This document shows, in pieces, positions 21,374-30,363 of a stretch of DNA of 64,000 nt. Under the pieces are notes generated by a model. It saw only the letters and a list, made by a program, of their open reading frames with translations, did no database searches and was not told the DNA's origin. Origin of the DNA: a virus. Taxonomy: Duplodnaviria; Caudoviricetes. A program made the translations under genes and the position numbers. Numbering within the stretch: position 1 is the first letter of the stretch; the number at the start of each line of letters is the position of its first letter. Location of the stretch: positions 75,672 to 139,671 of IMG/VR virus record IMGVR_UViG_3300012983_000033; one strand, given 5' to 3'.

Positions 21374-21511
21374 TTAAGCGATCTGTTCTTCTGATTTTTC
21401 AATCTGACGAACCTTACGAAGAAGTTTAGCGATAAGTCGTCTATTTGTAGACGCGTCGCGTTTTTCGAGCAAATCTGCCCTCATCTTGTAATATGCTGCT
21501 GTTCGATTCAT
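21374..21511 (-). CDS. 45-aa basic protein
   Basis: SD GAGAGGAG then MNRTAAYYK... Confidence 0.5.
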   Translation of the reverse strand: MNRTAAYYKMRADLLEKRDASTNRRLIAKLLRKVRQIEKSEEQIA

Positions 21512-21539
21512 TTTTAATCTCCTCTCATAATTTTTATAA

Positions 21540-21619
21540 TGGCACGCCCAGAGAGATTCGAACTCCCGACTAACCGTGGTTCGTAGCCACGTGCTCTGTC
21601 CAGACTGAGCTATGAGCGT
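21540..21619 (-). tRNA. tRNA-Arg(ACG)
   Basis: Loop CTACGAA. Confidence 0.9.
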
Positions 21620-21626
21620 ATATAAT

Positions 21627-21700
21627 TGGAGCAAATAACGGGATTCGAACCCGTGCTGTCTGCATGGCAAGCAGAAGTACTACCACTATACTATATCTGC
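21627..21700 (-). tRNA. tRNA-Gly(GCC)
   Basis: Loop TTGCCAT. Confidence 0.9.
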
Positions 21701-21709
21701 ATATAATTT

Positions 21710-21780
21710 TATACTACTGGGAATTTAACCACAGCTCTCCTCCTTTAAAGGGAGGCGAATTTTCGCTATTCGATAGTATA
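21710..21780 (-). tRNA. degenerate tRNA-like cloverleaf with UUA (ochre) anticodon, no encoded CCA
   Basis: TATACTA/TAGTATA acceptor, GAAT/ATTC D stem, CCTCC-CTTTAAA-GGAGG, T loop TTAAATT. Confidence 0.5.
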
Positions 21781-21789
21781 AAAGCATAT

Positions 21790-22700
21790 GGTAAGTAAAA
21801 ACGAAAACCTGAGAATACAGTTTTCAAATTGCTACGCCTTAATGACCTTATGTGTTAGTCACTTTTCCACTTCCTTTTGGGAAGTAGCGCTCATGCCTGC
21901 GTTTTTACATCCCCAGCACAAGGGACGAGGTCCGCTAATCTACCTTTAACGAGTACTTACTCGATTATCACTCCACTATCAACCTTGCGGGCTGTTCGCG
22001 GTTGCTACACCACTATAGATTCGTTTCAATCAAATACAAGATGCTTGTGACACCTTATATCCCGTATTGCTTACCACTACGGGCTTAAGACACTTTTCGT
22101 TACTCGCAATAACAGATTTTTACTTTTAACATACCTTCCATTTAATAGTATTGCTCTACCTACTGAGCTACCCGCGTATGTATGGGAGATAGGTGCTTAC
22201 TATCTCCGCGTGAATAATAATTGGCACGCGGGGTGGGACTCGAACCCACGCTAAGTTAATTTGACAGAAGACAGACTGTTATCGTAGTTTCCATACCTTT
22301 TGAGCACAGAAATGCTACCCGCCTTCAACACTTTCCTTGGCTTCGTACTCGTGTTTCCTAAAACCACCGTAGCAGTAATAGATGGAAGCCGCCCTTGATT
22401 GCTAATCTCGAACTTATCTTCCTGCGGTTTACCATACCTTATTCTATCCTTTTTGCGTTGAAGCCAGTCCCTTGCGAGAACGGTCGTTCTCAGACATTTG
22501 TCCATTGATCGACATTTTCACTTCATCAAGAATAAGTTAAGACATAGGGGATATATCCGTAGTGGTCTTTTCAACCAACTACTGGTCCCGGCGCGCAGTG
22601 CTTGGGGTACCACTTTCGTGGCGGAAGTTTGTCAGTATCTTCCTTTCGTTCCCTTACGGGAAGTTATCAGCCAAGCCTGAATATTTCAATAAATTACCGA
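21790..22700 (-). ncRNA. GOLLD-like giant ornate RNA (about 900 nt) with an internal permuted tRNA module
   Basis: No credible CDS, rich in GNRA-capped hairpins, own sigmaA-like promoter; 3' end TACTTCCCAAAAGGAAGTGGA...AAAACTGTATTCTCAGGTTTT resembles GOLLD (from memory, not searched). Confidence 0.7.
22152..22250 (-). ncRNA. circularly permuted tRNA module without anticodon (T arm + CCA first, 44-nt spacer, then 5' acceptor + D arm)
   Basis: GTGGG-TTCGAGT-CCCAC-CCCGCGT-G-CCA (22249-22222) precedes ACGCGGG-TA-GCTC-AGTAGGTA-GAGC (22177-22153); acceptor strands are perfectly complementary. Confidence 0.8.
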
Positions 22701-22775
22701 AGTAATTTATGTTATATTTTTTTTCAGATTATGTATATATTATACATAAAATTTTTGAAAAAATCAAATTTTTAA

Positions 22776-22855
22776 TGGCGCCCCTTGAAGGATTTGAACC
22801 TCCGACACACGGGGTAGAAACCCGTTGCTCTAAGTCCAGACTGAGCTAAAGAGGC
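22776..22855 (-). tRNA. tRNA-Arg(UCU)
   Basis: Loop TTTCTAC. Confidence 0.9.
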
Positions 22856-22978
22856 ATATTAAACGAGAATACCATTTCCTATAATCAAAAACCCTTTGGT
22901 CATCGTTTGTCCGGATGCACATATCAAACTACCATTGGATAATCGATGTGCTTCGCTTGTATAGTGACATATTCTCGT

Positions 22979-23055
22979 TGGTACAGGATGACGGGATCGA
23001 ACCGCCGACCCTCTCCTTGTAAGGGAGATGCTCGTTCCAGCTGAGCTAATCCTGC
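22979..23055 (-). tRNA. tRNA-Val(UAC)
   Basis: Loop CTTACAA. Confidence 0.9.
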
Positions 23056-23121
23056 ATATCTTTTCTCTTTCGAGATTATATATTTATTATATATGATTTT
23101 TATGATAAAATCAAATTTTTT

Positions 23122-23195
23122 TGGAGCACGATACTGGAGTCGAACCAGTCTATCTCGGGTTGCAGCCGAGTACATATCCGCCCTGACCATCGTGC
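23122..23195 (-). tRNA. tRNA-Cys(GCA)
   Basis: Loop CTGCAAC, U73; weak D arm. Confidence 0.8.
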
Positions 23196-23255
23196 ATATC
23201 TCGTCTTTCCGAGTGTCAGAAGGTTGAGTTATCGTCATTATACCTACAATATGAC

Positions 23256-23332
23256 TGGTACCTGAAGTCGGGATTGAACCAACAACCTTGCGGGTATGAA
23301 CCGCACGCTCTGGCCAGTTGAGCTATTCAGGC
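23256..23332 (-). tRNA. tRNA-Met(CAU), elongator-like
   Basis: Loop TTCATAC. Confidence 0.85.
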
Positions 23333-23335
23333 ATA

Positions 23336-23412
23336 TGGTTCCGAGGCTTGGAATTGAACCAAAACTTGTAGAGCCACAATCTACCGTACTAGCCATTTAT
23401 ACTACTCTCGGC
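23336..23412 (-). tRNA. tRNA-His(GUG)
   Basis: Loop TTGTGGC. Confidence 0.85.
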
Positions 23413-23420
23413 ATATCAGT

Positions 23421-23505
23421 TGGTGGGCGAAGTTGGACTCGAACCAACGAAGTCTTGCGACGGCGGGTTTACAGCCCGCAGCAATTGCCACTATGCGATT
23501 CGCCC
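23421..23505 (-). tRNA. tRNA-Tyr(GUA)
   Basis: Loop CTGTAAA, long variable arm. Confidence 0.9.
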
Positions 23506-23566
23506 ATATGAAGCCTTAAGGTCAGCCAACCGCACATTACTTAACGCATTCCATTTGCTCGCGCTG

Positions 23567-23654
23567 TGGCGGAGGATCAGAGACTCGAACTCTGAAGGCT
23601 GTTACACCTAACGGTTTTCAAGACCGGCGCAGTACCAGTTATGCTTAATCCTCC
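23567..23654 (-). tRNA. tRNA-Ser(UGA)
   Basis: Loop CTTGAAA, long variable arm. Confidence 0.9.
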
Positions 23655-23659
23655 ATATA

Positions 23660-23735
23660 TGGTGTCTCAGGTCAGGATCGAACTGACGCGACATGGATTT
23701 TCAGTCCATTGCTCTACCTACTGAGCTACCGAGAC
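23660..23735 (-). tRNA. tRNA-Phe(GAA)
   Basis: Loop CTGAAAA. Confidence 0.9.
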
Positions 23736-23758
23736 ATATCCTCGGTCTGAGGATTAGC

Positions 23759-24880
23759 TCAGACCGCATAATGAATATTTTTAGAACTCTTACGACGGAA
23801 GAGAAGAAAATCAAGTTCTTTATTCTCTTTAAGTGCAGCATATTCTGCTTTTTCCTGTTCAGTGTCATCTTCATAAGAGTTATATGAATCATTCCATTTA
23901 AAGTTAACCGATTTTGCAAGAATGATGTTGCCGCCGCGCTCATAATCATAACGAATATCAAGAGCACTAAACTCAACAGAAAAACGCTTATCTTCAAGAT
24001 AGAACCAGCGAGTAATCTGTTCATCACTGAACATATCAAGTGAAACTTCCTGACTTAATTTTGTTCCGTCTTTGAAACAAGCAATAAGATTATAAGTTTC
24101 ATTATCAATATTTAAGATATTCAAATCACCGATAGCATCTTCAAAGGGCGTTCCACACTGTAATTCAAATGAAATCGCACGAAGACAGTCATAGTTAAGA
24201 GGAACTTTATTTGCAAAAGCAACTACCTTTTCAATTTCACAAAAATACTGATCATCAATCTTATCACGAAGATATTCCTCAATTTCTACTTTTGTGGGAT
24301 AATCAAAACGAAAATGATAATGGAAACGACCAGGGCGGTTCACGATATAATCATTCAAGTGATTCAACTTGTTACAAGTAACAATGAATAACTTTTTACC
24401 TTGTGAGAGACCATCAAACAAAGTAAGCATACTTGCCTGAGGATCGTTCATTGAGTCACCGTCTTTGGCATAAAAAGTCTTATCAAATTCATCAAAAAGA
24501 ACGACAACTTCCTGCTGAATTGAGGTAAGGAAATCCGCAATTCCGGGAATAAAAGCATTTACAATAAGTACGGGATAACCCTCATTAGCCATTTTTGCTG
24601 AAAGCATTTTGGCAAATAATGACTTACCAATACCTTTTTCGCCACTAAGAATAACACCAAGACTTCTTTCAAAACATTTAAAAGCACCAACAACTTTCTC
24701 AAGTTTTTCAGGTGCAACACCATACACTTTTTCAGTAATTTCAATATCATCAAACTTCTGAAGATAGAAGCCAGTCATTTTACTAAAATTAACAGTATAA
24801 ATCTGTGCGGGCAACTGATCAAAAGTCTTGACACCATCATCATAGATTTGGTACATATGACCTGTATTAACTATCTGCAT
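23759..24880 (-). CDS. AAA+ ATPase
   Basis: GEKGIGKS, VLFDEFDK, NRPGRF (second region of homology). Confidence 0.85.
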   Translation of the reverse strand: MQIVNTGHMYQIYDDGVKTFDQLPAQIYTVNFSKMTGFYLQKFDDIEITEKVYGVAPEKLEKVVGAFKCFERSLGVILSGEKGIGKSLFAKMLSAKMANEGYPVLIVNAFIPGIADFLTSIQQEVVVLFDEFDKTFYAKDGDSMNDPQASMLTLFDGLSQGKKLFIVTCNKLNHLNDYIVNRPGRFHYHFRFDYPTKVEIEEYLRDKIDDQYFCEIEKVVAFANKVPLNYDCLRAISFELQCGTPFEDAIGDLNILNIDNETYNLIACFKDGTKLSQEVSLDMFSDEQITRWFYLEDKRFSVEFSALDIRYDYERGGNIILAKSVNFKWNDSYNSYEDDTEQEKAEYAALKENKELDFLLFRRKSSKNIHYAV

Positions 24881-24949
24881 TTTATCATTTCCTTTCTTAA
24901 CTTACTATAATAATTATATACGATTTTTATTATAAAATCAAATTTAAAA

Positions 24950-25037
24950 TGGCGGAGCGGGTGGGATTCGAACCCACGCATCCGTAGACCTAACGAGTTA
25001 GCAACCCGTCCCCTTATAGCCACTTGGGTACCACTCC
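24950..25037 (-). tRNA. tRNA-Ser(GCU)
   Basis: Loop TTGCTAA, long variable arm. Confidence 0.9.
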
Positions 25038-25402
25038 ATATAAAGCTTTCGCACTGATTAGTAAAAGTCTCTCCTACTCTACGCCGAAGCACTCTTGAGT
25101 TGGTTTGCGTAGCCACTCCTCATCCGACCTTAACCCGCAAGTTAAGATACTCTCCTTAGAGAGCTTACCTACTAATCAGCACTACTCATCTTCGCGCACC
25201 TTGAAGGCAACCACAAAATCTGTGGCGATACCAGCTCGCAATATAGCTGTTGATCGTCTTCAAGACCGCTTACACTTAGTTCCACAAATATTAATCTATA
25301 TGTCCCTCACATATTGCGTTTACCCCGATTTAAGTATCGGTAGAGGGTGTAACTTTTACTGTAGTCAGTAAACCAGTCATATATATCATTTCAATGACAA
25401 AC

Positions 25403-25478
25403 TGGTAGGGTGCGTGGGATTCGAACCCACCCTGTACGGATTTTAAGTCCGCTATCTCTGCCTCTGGATTACCACCCC
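25403..25478 (-). tRNA. tRNA-Leu(UAA), short variable arm
   Basis: Loop CTTAAAA. Confidence 0.85.
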
Positions 25479-25497
25479 ATATAATAGAGAAAATATT

Positions 25498-25704
25498 TTA
25501 ATTGTGCTCTCTATAACACAATTCTGCTTCAATTGCATGAATTTCTTCTTTTGCTGTCTTAATACAATGTGTTAAGAAAATCTGATATAAAGTAGATTTA
25601 GTGACAGCCAATGATTCTTCGTGCTTTTCAATTTCTTCTAAAAGCATCTCTTTTCTTTTAATAAGAGTTTCTGCTGAACAATGCTGAAATTGATATCCCT
25701 TCAT
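25498..25704 (-). CDS. hypothetical protein
   Basis: ORF with SD. Confidence 0.5.
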   Translation of the reverse strand: MKGYQFQHCSAETLIKRKEMLLEEIEKHEESLAVTKSTLYQIFLTHCIKTAKEEIHAIEAELCYREHN

Positions 25705-25737
25705 TCAAACACTTCCTTTCATTCCTATATTAAAAAA

Positions 25738-25814
25738 TGGTGGCGGAGGTAGGACTTGAACCTACGACCTTCGGGTTATTGAGCCCGACGAGCTACCAAC
25801 TGCTCTACTCCGCG
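25738..25814 (-). tRNA. initiator tRNA-fMet body with an 8-nt anticodon loop (CUCAAUAA)
   Basis: C1/C72 mismatch, GGG/CCC anticodon stem, one extra A in the loop. Confidence 0.8.
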
Positions 25815-25948
25815 ATATATACTCCACAATGCACTGTGGAGCCTTCCTTATAATAGGTTTTCAAAACTTACTCTATATATCTTTTCAAGAGTAGGACGAC
25901 AAGTTTTGAACTATTATAGTTTGCCGCCGTCCGTCCAAAACGGGACAA

Positions 25949-26031
25949 TGGTGTCGCTGGTGGGACTTGAACCCACACGGTTTCCCACTAGTTTCTAAGA
26001 CTAGCACGTATGCCTGTTCCGTCACAACGAC
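25949..26031 (-). tRNA. tRNA-Leu(UAG)
   Basis: Loop CTTAGAA. Confidence 0.9.
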
Positions 26032-26145
26032 ATATAAAAGAAAAGTTATTCTCCGTCGTAGCCTCTGTTTATAACGGAATTTTGACGCGCCGCCTACGAG
26101 CTTCTATCCTTTCGGTCTGGTATGAACACCCAGATAACTTTTCTA

Positions 26146-26220
26146 TGGAGGTGGATGTCGGAACCGACCCGACAACAAAAGGTTACAAATCTTTCGTTTT
26201 TCCTGTTAAACTAATCCACC
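26146..26220 (-). tRNA. tRNA-Thr(UGU), non-canonical T loop
   Basis: Loop TTTGTAA; T loop GTCGGTT. Confidence 0.7.
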
Positions 26221-26392
26221 ATATAAAAGGGAATTATAATATGATAGAAAGGGGTAACTTTACTTTACTTTCGTTTTCTTTGTATACCGAATCCCAATGA
26301 CTAAGCCACATACCAGTCTACGGTCTTCTTTCGTAGCGTCTGTCGGTGGTAGTTTAAGAAAGTCACCAAAAGAAATCCATCCTCTCTCGGTC

Positions 26393-26469
26393 TGGTACCT
26401 CGAGTGGGATTTGAACCCACAAAATACGGTTTTTGAAACCGTCACGTATGCCAATTCCGTCATCAAGGC
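26393..26469 (-). tRNA. tRNA-Leu(CAA), short variable arm
   Basis: Loop TTCAAAA. Confidence 0.85.
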
Positions 26470-26795
26470 ATATATAAAATTAACTCATAAACAACCGCTG
26501 AACAAGTTGATCAATCCCATTCGCACGCGAAGTCTACTCACTTGGTTAATGTTTTCAAAAAGATAATATTAGTGGACTTTGCGCCTCCTTCAGCTCCACT
26601 CACCACATCGCCCTGTCCTCTAAGCACCACACTCTTTGGAAATATCACTTCTTTATGAGTTAATTTTTATATATTATCTTAGGTTGATAAGCCGCACATT
26701 TGTTGGTAGGAATTTTTGCTTTTCCTTTTGAGGAGAGTCGGGGACTCAAACCCCAGAGCCGTCGCTCATAATGTATGTCCATCATAAACTCTCAA

Positions 26796-26870
26796 TGGTG
26801 GAAGTAGTGGGATTTGAACCCACAACCCTCTGCTTGCAAAGCAGATGCGCTTCCGTTGCGCCATACCCCC
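26796..26870 (-). tRNA. tRNA-Ala(UGC)
   Basis: Loop TTTGCAA, G3.U70 pair. Confidence 0.9.
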
Positions 26871-27075
26871 ATATTTGTTTGAGAGATTGTATCTAAAAGA
26901 GGTTTTCTCTCAAACTTACTATAATAATTATAGGTCATTTTTAAAAATTTTTCAAATTTTAATTACCAAAGCTTCTTCTTCAAGAACATCAACCACAACA
27001 CTATTTTCCTCTTCAAAATCAATACAAATCGGATAAGCTGTATCTGGCAATACTTCTACAATAACTGGTTTCATC

Positions 27076-28723
27076 TTACATCGACTCCCCAAAAAGAGTA
27101 TCGTCTACCCTCACCGTAACAATTCTTGTGTTTGGAATTTTATCTTCGTTTGTTACAATACGAGTATCAAGATATACAACTCCTGCGTTAAGACTTGTAG
27201 TTTCTTCTTCAGTAAGCTCAAGCAAATAAAATTCTCCGTCAAAGTTTACATCTTCAGGATAATTTCTGCTAATAAGCGTATCTGCTTTACTTTCTTTTTT
27301 TTCTTTTATAATAAAATCAACTGATTTTATATCTTCGTGATTTAATAAAATTTTAACAGGAATTACTGCTGTTGTTCCTCTTTTCATAAAAATGTTCCTC
27401 CTTTTAAATTAAAATTAAAGTTGAAGTGCAAGATAAACAATATCACTTGTATATTGCCAAAAATCCTCTATCCAAGGACTATTATTATCCAAATCCCCTA
27501 CACTTCCTCTGATGGGACCACCGCCCATTTTTTCAACCCAATAACCAAGTTTTGGGTCAAAGTAACGATAGTGAAAATCAATGTCGAAATCGTGAAAACT
27601 TTCTTCTACTTCATCATACCAGTAAGTAACACCAATACGATAAGCAATAAGTCTTTCTCCTTCCCACAAATCATCAATACCATTAACCCTACGAAGTTTT
27701 CCTTTAAACTGTCTAAGCATATATAAAACATCGCGAGTAAGAAGTCTGTTTTCAAGCTCCTTAACAACATTCTGTGGTTCATCAACAAGTTTTCCATTCT
27801 GATCATAATATTCATTTAACCAGTCATTCAAAAGCTGTTCTCTCCACTCAAATGCTCCCTCGTATGGTTTATACCAATTAAAAGTATTTAAGGCAAATCC
27901 ACCGCAGTTATAATCACCCTTACTTGTGTTATTAGAATTTCGATATTTTCTTCGATTAAGATAATCTCGTCTATTTTTTACTTCAATATCTTCATCTATG
28001 TTATCAATATTCATATCGGTGATATCATAGAGTTCTTCAATTGAATAAATATCAAAAGCATTTTTCTGCAAATAAATCTTCCTTTCTTTTTTATTATATA
28101 TTTATTATATCAAAATTTTGAAGAAAAATCAAAAAAGATTTATTTAATACCTACAACTGCGGCCGCCCGTCTGTTTAATTCTTTAACGAGTTTTTCTGCT
28201 TTACTTCTGTCGTTAAAAAGTGCGATTGGATATTTTTTATTCTTGCCATAGAGCTCAGCACCATAATTGTCTCGACAAAAGCGAAGGTAGTTTGCATAAG
28301 ATAACATCATAAGTTTTGCAGGAATACAATTATAACTACCACGAAATTCCTCAAAACCAAAACTTTCGTGATTAAGACGGATTACATATTTATTGGGGTA
28401 ATATGGACTTTCATCTACATAAAAATATTTAATCATATTGCAATCTCCTTCCATAATTCTTTGATTTCTTTAAATTCATCGCCAAAAACGACACAATTAT
28501 TCCAATCAATTCCATCAAAAGCTTTAACATCAAACTCTGGAAGCATTGACGAATCAAATTGTTCAATATTATCAGTCTGCGGCACTTCGAAGTTTGGGAT
28601 AACATATTTTTTAACAGTAGTTGGTGCTATACCCATTTCACGAGCCACTGCCGCATAAGTGCCATACTTTTTATATAAGATATTTATTTGAAGTTTATGT
28701 TCTTCAGTAATCTTTGTAGCCAT
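27076..28723 (-). other. four hypothetical CDSs (27076-27387, 27415-28071, 28140-28436, 28433-28723, the last HTH-like)
   Basis: ORF track; last ORF has AAVAREMGIAPTTVKKY helix-turn-helix. Confidence 0.6.
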
Positions 28724-28937
28724 AACTTTTCTCCTTTTAAAATTTTTTCTATAATAAATATACCAAAAAAATAAAATTTTTTCAAATTTCACTCTTTAAT
28801 ATATACATTATTAAATATACACGCGCACGCACGCGTATAAATAATAAAATTTTAATTAAAAATCAAATTATCGTTATAAAAGTTGAAATTTTTTTAAAAA
28901 AAATATATAATAAAAATATAAAAGGAGGTGCAGTTAA

Positions 28938-29327
28938 ATGCCAGATAGTTTAAGTATTTATGATAAAATAACTACCACAATCGTAATCAATACTTGGTCA
29001 CTTTTTAATCGTTCAGGTAAAAAGAAAATTTGTTTTGAGTACGAAGTTAATAAGAAAGAAGACGAATATCTTCTTGCTTTAATTTTCTCAACAAGACATA
29101 TTGGCTTATATCCAAAAATTTATTTTGATATGCCTTTTATGGATTATATCAAATATCGTCTTGCTAATTGGAAAAGCCGAAAATCATTTGGTTATTCTTG
29201 GATAAAGAAAAACAAATATGTTGTTGAAAAAGAACGACTTTTAGGAGATGCAAGAATTGCCTATGGAATTGATAACGAAAAGATCTATGAAAAAATTTAT
29301 GATGAATTTTTTGGGAAGGATGAATAA
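28938..29327 (+). CDS. hypothetical protein
   Basis: SD AGGAGGTG behind a sigmaA-like promoter. Confidence 0.65.
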   Translation: MPDSLSIYDKITTTIVINTWSLFNRSGKKKICFEYEVNKKEDEYLLALIFSTRHIGLYPKIYFDMPFMDYIKYRLANWKSRKSFGYSWIKKNKYVVEKERLLGDARIAYGIDNEKIYEKIYDEFFGKDE

Positions 29328-29805
29328 AAGAATGTTTAAAGTTTACACAGACGGAGCTTGTAAGAAAAATGGTAAGGCTGGAGCAAAGGGTGGCTGGGCA
29401 TACGGTATTTATGATGAAGATAATGTATTAATGCTCGCACATTCTGGTCACGAAGAAAATACGACAAATCAGAGAATGGAAATTACTGCCATTCTGGAAG
29501 CCTGTAAAATGGTGCAGCTTTTGAATGAAGATAAAGCTATATTTGCTTGTGATATTCATAGTGACAGTGCCTATTGTATCAGATGCTACGCAGAGAAATG
29601 GTATGATAGGTGGGAATCGAATGGTTGGAAAACAGCCAGTCGTGAAAAGGTAAAGAATCAGGATCTTTGGGAAGAACTTATTCCTTTCTTTAGAGATTCT
29701 CGATTCCATTTTATTAAAGTAAAAGGTCACGCAGATTGTGAGCAGAATAATTTTGTAGATGAACTCGCACAAAACGCGGCCGTCATAGATCCGGAGGAAG
29801 AATAA
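29320..29805 (+). CDS. rnhA: ribonuclease HI
   Basis: YTDGAC, TTNQRMEI, SDSAY, KVKGHA, NNFVDELA. Confidence 0.9.
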   Translation: MNKRMFKVYTDGACKKNGKAGAKGGWAYGIYDEDNVLMLAHSGHEENTTNQRMEITAILEACKMVQLLNEDKAIFACDIHSDSAYCIRCYAEKWYDRWESNGWKTASREKVKNQDLWEELIPFFRDSRFHFIKVKGHADCEQNNFVDELAQNAAVIDPEEE

Positions 29806-30329
29806 TGAAAGTAGTAGTAATTAATGGGGCGCCGCGTTCTGGTAAGGATACTTTCGTAAATCTTTGTAAGGAAAAACTTGGTTCTTTTTGTTATAATTTT
29901 TCTACCGTCGATTTTGTAAAAGAAATTGCAAAGTAGTGTGGTTGGGACGGAGAAAAAACACCCAATAATAGAAAGTTTCTTAGTGACCTTAAAGATTTGC
30001 TAACTGACTGGAACGATGTACCTTATAGAAAAATGAGACAAGAGTTAGCAAAAATTTATCTAATAGCTGAACAATATAATTTAGACCACGATAAATTTGT
30101 AGTATTTATTCATTGTCGAGAACCAGAAGAAATAGCTCGCTTTGTAAAGGACTATAATGCAATAAGTCTTATTATTAGACGACCTGAAGTTGAAGATGCT
30201 ATTCAATCAAATCATGCGGATAAAAAAGTATTTGATTATAATTACGAAGTAACAATATTTAATGATGATACGATTGATCGTCTCAAATTATCGGCAGACT
30301 TTTTTCTTGAAAATTTATTAAAATCTTGA
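29805..30329 (+). CDS. P-loop nucleotide kinase (dNMP kinase-like), 174 aa with 1 TAG(Gln)
   Basis: MKVVVINGAPRSGKDTF...KEIAK[TAG 29934]CGWDG continues in frame into ORF 29997. Confidence 0.8.
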
Positions 30330-30363
30330 TATAATTATTATAGAAAATTGAAAGGAGAAAATT

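Noticed and set aside
22152-22250. Two-piece tmRNA
   Set aside because: The layout is similar, but there is no G3.U70 alanine identity, a full D stem is present and no tag reading frame is evident
21790-22700. Natural permuted group I intron-exon tRNA
   Set aside because: No anticodon arm is rebuilt at the junction and no P7-like core was recognised; the flanks resemble GOLLD
17546-26566. ORF-track entries overlapping tRNAs or ncRNAs (for example 18152, 18463, 22251, 22924, 23296, 24871, 26010, 26260)
   Set aside because: Shadow ORFs over RNA genes with no SD site or protein motifs
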